Shown here piece after piece: positions 56,201-64,000 of a DNA stretch of 64,000 nucleotides. The DNA comes from Lingula anatina (lineage: Eukaryota; Animalia; Brachiopoda): NCBI GenBank assembly GCA_051362555.1, contig CM120648.1, forward strand, positions 13,946,587 through 14,010,586. Direction: 5' to 3'. The position numbers were made by a program, and so were the translations under genes. Position 1 is the first letter of the stretch; every line of letters begins with the position of its first letter. The notes under the pieces are model-generated. The model did not search any database, was not told where the DNA came from, and saw only the letters and a list, made by a program, of their open reading frames with translations.

Positions 56201-56279
56201 CCATCTTTCCTCCATGTCTGCTCAATATTTTGTAAATGGCATTAATATAATCAGCTCGACCGCCGTATTGATGCGCCAT
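47067..56279 (-). CDS. PARP12: PARP12/ZC3HAV1-like mono-ADP-ribosyltransferase (5 CCCH + 2 WWE + PARP catalytic domain), ~776 aa
   Basis: In-phase exons 56279-55198, 54356-54198, 53719-53533, 49601-49348, 48734-48614, 48282-48161, 47472-47067. Five CCCH fingers; WWE motifs (LPYHWQ..., WLWYWKDEFGQWSEY...VRRRP); catalytic LFHGT, YGKGSYFA, DSCVD, IFVIF, QAYPEYLIKY. The symbol denotes family likeness, not proven orthology. Confidence 0.88.
49717..52153. mobile_element. Foldback-type element with tandem-subrepeat TIRs
   Basis: Left arm (GCACCGATACTCCCCC)n at 49730-49960, inverted right arm (GGGGGAGTA[T/A]CGGTGC)n at 51880-52150; flanking direct repeat GAAGGTTC (49709-49716, 52154-52161). Confidence 0.75.
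50490..51170 (+). mobile_element. 5'-truncated L1/Tx1-like LINE fragment (zf-RVT region plus 3' UTR)
   Basis: KWEQELGIKIDWQ...LKWFNFRINHRILGTKELLFKYHMIENPLCSLCNKQAETIKHLFMDC.LV..FW, followed by a T-rich UTR and AATAAA. Confidence 0.75.
52818..53044. mobile_element. MITE, copy of 22273-22487
   Basis: Near-identical sequence and the same inverted termini. Confidence 0.8.
53103..53244. mobile_element. Palindromic MITE
   Basis: GAGCTGACTAATCTGCTGATGGTCTCC ... GGAGACCATCAGCAGATTAGTTAGCTC. Confidence 0.75.
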
Positions 56280-56538
56280 TTCACTTTCTCTTTCGAGTTT
56301 GTCTTCCTGGTAGCAGAGGGGAGTGATCAATATCAAGATAGGCTAAATACTTACTGCCTATGAACTTTACTTTTCACTCTATCTCATACCATCATTTAGA
56401 ATAACGGTTTGACGCAAAATTTAATTTAAAAAAATAAAAATTAAACCCGAAATAAAGCGACACATCAACCGCCACTCATCAATGAAGTGACTTCTGTCTT
56501 GTTTTTGAAAGCCTGTTTACGTACGGGCACTTTCAAGT
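56280..56538. promoter_or_regulatory. Probable bidirectional promoter PARP12-like / WD40 gene
   Basis: Divergent ATGs only ~260 bp apart. Confidence 0.6.
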
Positions 56539-58397
56539 ATGGCCGCTTCCTTGGAGAGCGAAATTTACAATGAAGTTCGTAAACTAAGAAAGAAGCTGCG
56601 TCAGATAGAAAATCTCCAGAGATTAGACAGAGAATTGACTGAAGAGGAAGAAGTTAAGGTTGGGAAGATATATAAATTACCTCAAACATTTGTCATTGTT
56701 AAGGGGCCTCCCTCTTTAGAATTTCTTCAACGCAGTAACTCTGCATCTCTGCGTCCTCAAAGCCAAGTACCATCTGAAAGCACCTCAGTGTGCGAGATGA
56801 CGGGAATGTCGCCTTTTTTATCAGAATGGTGCACGTAAATCGCTCGATTAAATTGTTCAAAAGAAACGCCGAAAATTCATGCGTGCTTGTAATTATGGTC
56901 TACATAAAATGCACAATACAGCGCAAAGCACTATAGAACGACGTCGGAGGGGTGCAGAAGTACGCAAAGACGTGCAAAGATGCGCAAAGACGCGACAAGA
57001 CAGGTTTATTGAATAAATAAACACCAACTTAGAGTCACATATGATTCTCTATGATACAAAAACTGTAAGAATTTGACTTAGATAAAAATACACTAACTAT
57101 GAAGTAGTGCTAGAAATTGTCTTAGATAAAAAATAGAAGCATATGTAACCAAGGAGTTATAACAGAAGGAGATTACACGCAAGCCTCTCTATTGTCCGAT
57201 GTCTGTTACGGTGGGCGGAGCTAGCTACGGGGGGGGGGGGGGGGGGGGGCTCCTGTCTCAAGGTTATAACTCCTTGATGTAACTCTAAGTTGATGTTTAT
57301 TTATTCAATTAACCTGTCTTGTTGCATCTTTGCGCGTCTTTGCGTACTTAAGTATGACCGGTCACAAATTGACTTTCTATCTCAAGAAAAGTTTGATTCT
57401 TTTAATTTCGAAAACAATTGTTTTAAAGCTTATAATGATGAATTTCATCAGATGTTTTTACAACTTACAGTAACAGCCTAGTGTATATTTGTCAGAGAAT
57501 AATTTCATCAGCCGTGTTATACTAGTATATGTTGTAAGAATGAAGTAATTTTTCTTCAGTCTACAGCTAATATTGACAAAGATGAGATCAGTGGAATTTG
57601 GAGAGATTCTAAGAATGGTAATTGAAACCACCTACTTCAGATTCCAAAGTAAAGTATATATGAACAGCCATGGGTTCACCTCTTTCCCCAATTTTATCCA
57701 ACTTTTTCATGGAAGAATTTGAAAAGAAGGCACTAGCCACTGCAGTTCACCCTCCCAAATTCTAAAGACGATACATAGACAACACAGGAATGGTCATCCA
57801 AAGTCAACACCAAGAGGAGCTGTTTGCACACATCAGTGTCAAACAACATTCACACATCAAATTTACTATGGAGAAAGAGGATTATAAACAGCTATCCCTA
57901 CCTATGCTGTACCTAAAACTGACCATAAAAGGAAATACAATCACAGCAGACATATATTGTAAACCCACCCACACAGACCAATATCATTGGGAGTCACACC
58001 ATCCCGTATATGAAAAACTAGGGATTGTAAAGACACTTATGTATAGGGCTGAGACCTTAATTGGTAAAGGACAGAGAGACACATTAAAAGAAGGGGACAG
58101 GCATTAAAAGAAGGGGAAAAGATGGGCAAGAAACAAAGACAAAGAAGTGCCTACACTATAGCTCATAATAGTGATAAAAAAGAGAAGAAACAAGTCATTG
58201 TATTACCCTACAACAGGGGGGTCTCAGAATGCCCACAACGGACATTTAACAAATACAACATCAACTTGTACAACAAAGCAGGGTTCACCATCCGGAATGC
58301 AGTAGTAATTCCCAAAGACCCATTAGACAGCAATGAAAAGTGTGGAGTAGTCTATGAAATGGAATGTGGGGGGGGGGGGGGGGTTGGAAATCCCCCA

Positions 58398-58479
<82 letters not shown>

Positions 58480-60392
58480 ATGCACCTAGTGTCATTATTA
58501 TCTTCTTATTTTTTTGGGGGTATAAACACTGCCATCTTGCAACTTGCATGAAAATGAGGCACTACACATGCATGCAGACTTTGTACCAGGGGTATTTCTA
58601 GATATTTGACTGGCTAGTCATTAAAAATTAAAGTATTTTTAAAATTAAAAATGGAATAAGACATCAAGTCCAAATGCAGGAGTAGTGATTCCTGAGTAGG
58701 AAAAAATTGCTCTTTATCCCAGGAATCTCATTGTGGCAGGTAAATCCTGTCAACCATTCCTTTAATTACATTTGCCCCTGAAATGAATGGACTAAGAGTT
58801 TCACAGAAAACCATAAAAAGCATTAACTAAAATTCCAACATTTTCATATGAAGTTAAAGTTAACACTGGGACTATTCTTTTTATCAAGGTTTCCAAGAAA
58901 CTGCCCATAAGACTACAACTCCAAGATTTATTATCTCAAATCCCAGAAGAAGATATTCCACTTCACAGTAGAGCTGCCTCCAGTTCTGCTGTTAACAGTG
59001 CCACCTACAGTACAGCAGAGAGTAATGTCAGTTGGAGCACTGCAGACAGCAGCACTATATCCAGCCCAGACACAGTGACTGTCATATCACCTGCCAGGCC
59101 CAGGACTGACACAGAGAGTGGGGAGGGGGTGGGTGGAGGGGCTGAAGTGGAGGAGGACGAGGAAAGAGATAATGAGAAAGTAACCACAGACATGAAACAC
59201 AGTGAAATCAGTGATGGAGACAACATGAAAAGAAAAAGTGACAGGTACATGCAATGATATGTGTACACATTATTAATTACCAGGACATTAAAAATTATAA
59301 CTCTGAATCTTACTTTTCTATATTTCAATTTATTATATTTAGAAAGTATTTTATTTGAATTTATAATGATTTATGTCCACATATTTTTTTTAAATTAAAA
59401 ATAAGTTGTGTGTAGTAAACAACAATACTGCAAATTTAGGTGCAAATTCCTACTGCCTATTTTTCTGTACTTTTTAATCAGTGAATGTTTTCATCTGTAG
59501 TCAAAACATCCCAAATGAAACCATCTCAGAATCTCAAAGAACTCAGACAGTGCCAAAGAAAAAGTCCAAGAAAGCAGGTATGCTCAATTCATAACAACCT
59601 TTTTGATAACAGTAAAGCCAGAAAAAATTGAGTAGGTTAATAAGCATAATTGAAGCTAATTTGTTTAGTCAACCAGTTATTTTTAATGCACTGAGGATTT
59701 ATTTCTTCAGCAGTCCACAATGAGTAATCTTGAGTAAAAACGGTTCCCCCCCCCGACGATCCAAAAATGTATCTCCAGGTAAAGGTGGGGTAAACAGATA
59801 ATCTTAGTCATCTAGGTATCACTTTGATGAACTAACTGACACTTTTTATTGTATAACCCACATGTCATCTGTCTTTAATCAAGGTCCTTTTCAGGTAGAG
59901 ATGGCATAAACAAATAATCTCACTCATTCAAGTATCCCTTTGATGAACTCTCAGTTTTAATTGTTTTACCATTACCCCGTGACTTGAAAATGACAGCTTT
60001 TGAAACTTTTTTCTAGTGTCATTATTATCATTTATTAACCTTCACAAAACTCACTAGCATAAAATGGAATGCAGATAAAATGACATTTGTCTTTTTATAG
60101 ATAGATTGATAAAACAGTAGTTTTTGTTTTGAATAAAAATGACATGGCAAATTTGTTAAATTTGCATCTATAGCATCTGATAAATTAAGATTACTTCCCA
60201 GGTCTGTTAAAGACCTTCTAGAATCATATAATTAATAGCCAATCCTTGATTTTTTTTTCTCATTTTCGGTCTTCTTTCTTAATAACAGTAAAATATTCAA
60301 GGCATGTATAAATGCCTCAAATAAATAATTCAAAAGCAGTGTATTTGCTTTGCTAGGATAGGGGTGTGATTGATATATATATATATATATAT

Positions 60393-60423
<31 letters not shown>

Positions 60424-63400
60424 TAGATATATATAGATATATATATATATATCTAAAACAATTTTTCTTATTTAATAATTATTATTCTCTTAACAGCCCA
60501 CAAAGAACATGATGAGAAAGTTTTTAAGCTTCAGAAGGCATGGAGACAGTCTGAGTTTGTGGTCAGTTGTCTGGAGGGTCACAATGACCTGGTCATTTCT
60601 GTGGCTCTAGAGAAAGACTGGCTGCTGTCTGGAAGGTAGGCACTCTACACATATGGTAATAATAATAATAATAATAAGTTTATTTAGATATAGCAACCAA
60701 AAGGTTGAAGTTGTACGTAAAGTGCAGGGGCGGATGAGGCCGTCTTCTGGGTCTTCCGGAAGACCGTTAGATTTTCAAGTTTACATTTATTGGTGTCTTA
60801 TCTTTTCTGTTGGAAGACGGTCAAAAATGGAGGGTAGATCAACAAAGATAGTTTGGAAGACTGTCAGAAAATATCTCTGGATCCGCCCCAGAAGTTATTG
60901 CTCAGAGCAAACTTTACAAATTAAAATATTTACATAAAGGATATACAATAAGACCAAAATAAGTTTGAAAAAGCACAGGACTCTAAAAGTTTGATAAAAG
61001 AAAAGGGGATAAAATAAAGTATGTACCAAAAAAAAAAAAAAAGACCAAGATTAGTTCCAAAATAAAACACAGACCACTAAATGTTTGATAAGGAAAACTA
61101 CATAAAGTTTTTTTTTTAATGTTCGATTCTAAAATTTTGGTACACACAAATTTGACAGGCTGTACCTTAGTTTTCTTTGTGGTTTGCAGGTTAATAGGTT
61201 ATTCAGCTTGTCAATTTTTTTTTTATTTTCAAAAAGAATGATTTGCAGTTTTATGGGCTACTCCTTTAAAGTAAGAAGCTTTGCTTTGACTAGGGCATCA
61301 ATGCATGGTAACTCAGGGACTATAATTCTAAGTGACCTCAACTGGATGGATTCTATTATTTTGCAATGTTCCCTGGTAAATCTGGGGTGCCACACAGGAC
61401 AAGCATATTCAACAAAAGACCAGATTAAACTGGTGCAGTTAATGCAATTGTGTACATGCTTTCTTATAGGTAAAATCAACATGTTCAGACCATTTAAAGT
61501 TGTTAGTGAGAAAAACACCCAAAAGTTTGAAATAGGACTCTTCAATCCTCTAATATCAACTGATTGACATTTTGGCACAGCTTGGGTAAAATTTACTGTC
61601 ATAGATTTGTTTTGTGATGTTGAGTCTCATATCGTTTCTTTTTTTTGTCCAGTCAGTGATTTCATTTGTGGCCTGTTGGATGTTACTTGTAGCTTTAAAG
61701 TCACACACAGTTGTATCACAAAGTCGTAGTCTGGCTAGCTAGCCTTAAAGTTGTTGATCATGATAATTAAAAATAATGGACCCAACAATGTTCCTTGAGG
61801 GACGCCATCCTCATCAGTCTCTTCATTTCTCAAGAGAGCAACTGAAGCAATGTCAGCACGTGTGAAATTCCTGTATAAAATTCATTTTTTCGATATTATT
61901 TTGATAATGCAATGTACTTAAAAAAAACCTGACACAATTTTAATTTAAAACAAGTCTGAATGCTTGTCTGTATAAGCAAGTCACATAATTCTCTCAATAT
62001 GATCTGTTTCAGTCGTGACACCACAATGAAGTTATGGGAAGGGAGTACAGGCAGGGAACTGCACAGTTTTGGTGGCCACACAGACAGCGTGACAGCAGTC
62101 CTCTTTATTCCAAAGGAAGATTGTGCTGATTTAGGTAAATGAACAGGATAAGATCAGATGGTACCACTGTAAGACAGGGGTCATTGATTATCAGTAATTT
62201 TGAATTGATATTAAGTATCTACTTTTTCTCATTTATTAAATATTGGGAAGTATATGTATTAAATGTCCTTTGTTTTGTTTCTTTATTTTATGATCATTAG
62301 TTTATTTCATTCCCCAGTTAGGGATATGTGTAAAATAGGCGAAACACCCCAATTTATAACGGTTTTCACAAATCTTACATTCTTGTCTCTACTTGTTTTT
62401 TTTAATTACCAAAACCATATACTTTTAATTGTTTTTAATTTTCACTTTTTCATCAGTTTGTAAGTATCATTTTGTGAAACAGTATAATTATTGTTAATTT
62501 GCTGCTTTACGTAATTCAATGCACTAGAAATGATAATTCTCACAGGACGCTTTCAAAGTGTGAATAAGTAAATAAAATCACTTCTAGTTACAGAGATATT
62601 TTGAAAACTTCATCAATTTCAGAGGCCAAGCAATGCATTTGGTTGAATTCACAACTCTTAAAATATTACTTATTTTTTTTAATGACAATTTTTTAAAGTT
62701 TCTACTGCAGATGTAAGGAATCAGGTAAACCAAATAGTATTACATGTTGAGTGAATTCAGTATATTTTGCCTGTCTAATTCCGCATATAATGTCCTTTTT
62801 AGCTGGCCAATATGAACTGGCCGAAGATGACCGTCTGCTGGTCAGTGGGTCCATGGACTGTGCCGTCAGACTGTGGTCACTTAAAACAGGTAAATACACC
62901 ATGGAAATCATTTAAAAGTGTTTTACCTCTAAAATGGTTATGATTTACTTATGAGTAGGTCTCCTATAAAATTTGTATAATATTATGAATAGAAAATATT
63001 AAAATATTAATGGTTTGGATTTTCAGTTGCCTTATGTTAAAACAAATTTTAGCTTTAACAAATTATAATGTAAACTATTAAGCAATGTTTTGAATACCTG
63101 GAGATTTTCCAACTCATTTGGGCCTTCATCAGCTTGGGGCCTATTTCAATAAGTCTGAAGTAATGTTGCCAAATTAAAGCTTAGACGTCTAAACTTGGAT
63201 ATAGCCGACTCCCTAAAATTAACTTTGAGATATAGGTCCATGAACATTTTACAAAGACATTGCTCACAATAAATGTAATTGACATACTTAACTATTTGCC
63301 TGTACTGAGGGTTAGAAATCACTGTCAAGAAATTTGACTAGAGGGTTACATTGGAAAAAAATTGTTAAGTGACCTTTTATGTTCTTTCTGAAGTGCAATT

Positions 63401-63619
63401 GCTAGTCTTTTCTGGAACTAATTTTCCAATTTCATTATTGTTAACCAGGCCTTTATTGATGTCTGAAAAGTTAAACATTTTGTACTGATGCTGCCCCCTG
63501 ATATAAATTCTGATATTTTTTTATGTACATAGGTTGCATGGTGAAGTCCATCTACACCTATAACCCTGTGACCTGCATGACATACTGTACGCCAGGCAGG
63601 CTACTGGTCACAGGCTCAA
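56539..63619 (+). CDS. WD40-repeat protein with N-terminal helical hairpin (partial; continues past window)
   Basis: In-phase exons 56539-56658, 58889-59244, 59501-59577, 60497-60635, 62013-62134, 62803-62889, 63533-63619; WD repeats LEGHNDLV...[14 protein letters not shown] and [11 protein letters not shown]...[14 protein letters not shown]. Confidence 0.85.
56958..57348. mobile_element. Inverted-repeat element containing a nested 127-bp MITE with 7-bp TSD
   Basis: Outer arms ~56960-57050 and ~57133-57346 are inverted; inner element 57150-57276 has TIRs CAAGGAGTTATAAC / GTTATAACTCCTTG and TSD ATGTAAC. Confidence 0.75.
57560..58368 (+). mobile_element. Degenerate Penelope-like element (RT, linker, start of GIY-YIG)
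   Basis: [23 protein letters not shown]...[44 protein letters not shown]...CGVVYEMEC, with stops and frameshifts. Confidence 0.85.
58404..58474. repeat. (TA)n microsatellite
   Basis: Directly visible. Confidence 0.95.
60373..60452. repeat. (TA)n/(GATA)n microsatellite
   Basis: Directly visible. Confidence 0.95.
61080..61810 (-). mobile_element. CR1/L2-clade LINE fragment
   Basis: [18 protein letters not shown] (RT) and EYACPVWHP...[12 protein letters not shown] motifs, with deletions. Confidence 0.8.
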
Positions 63620-64000
63620 GTAAGTGGGAAATTACTTTACAACTGTCCAGACAGTAAGGAAAAGGGATTTTAAAACAATATTGACAGCAGACCAGGCTTA
63701 AAAATGCTGGTGGATTTAGATGGAAATTAACTGCAGTCAACACAGCCCTGTGAGCTCACATGAAACAGAAAGCTTCATAACCTGCTTCTGTACCTGTCAA
63801 GCCTCTCAACCTCATCAGAAGTCTCATAATTTAGGGACTTGTCTCTGGATTCAGAGACATATGTATAAATGTTTATTAATTTAGTCAATGAACACTGAAG
63901 GTTTATTTATTACCCAAAAGACTGTATGTAAGGCAGTATATAAGGAGAGGGTGACAATATCCTTGAAGTGAGTTTAATTTATGCTCATAAATGCAGAGTG

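Noticed and set aside
63095-63140. Second hammerhead-like string (minus strand CTGATGAAGGCCCAAATGAGTTGGAAA)
   Set aside because: Helix II pairs poorly and no convincing helix I or III is present; at most a decayed relic.

Overview
AT-rich, intron-containing animal DNA; the gene and repeat content suggests a marine invertebrate such as a lophotrochozoan (inference). All gene models were built by hand from GT-AG sites with phase checks. Left to right: the right part of a CMC/EnSpm-like DNA transposon carrying a Penelope GIY-YIG remnant with a hammerhead-like motif; a tandem cluster of three intact C2H2 zinc-finger genes (+) with AAMDC (-) between the 2nd and 3rd; an 11-exon membrane-anchored FAD-linked (GULO/ALO-like) oxidase (-) with altered signature residues; a repeat-rich interval with a ZNF pseudogene and Helentron-like elements; a PARP12/ZAP-like gene (-); and, head-to-head with it, a WD40 gene (+) running off the window. 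Most notable: all three ZNF genes carry a shared exon-encoded N-terminal module resembling the ZNF692/ZNF653 N-terminus (a KRAB-analogous layout), and the first gene appears to have captured a transposase-like CxxH...HxxCY zinc module as exon 1. Family assignments rest on motif recall, not database searches.
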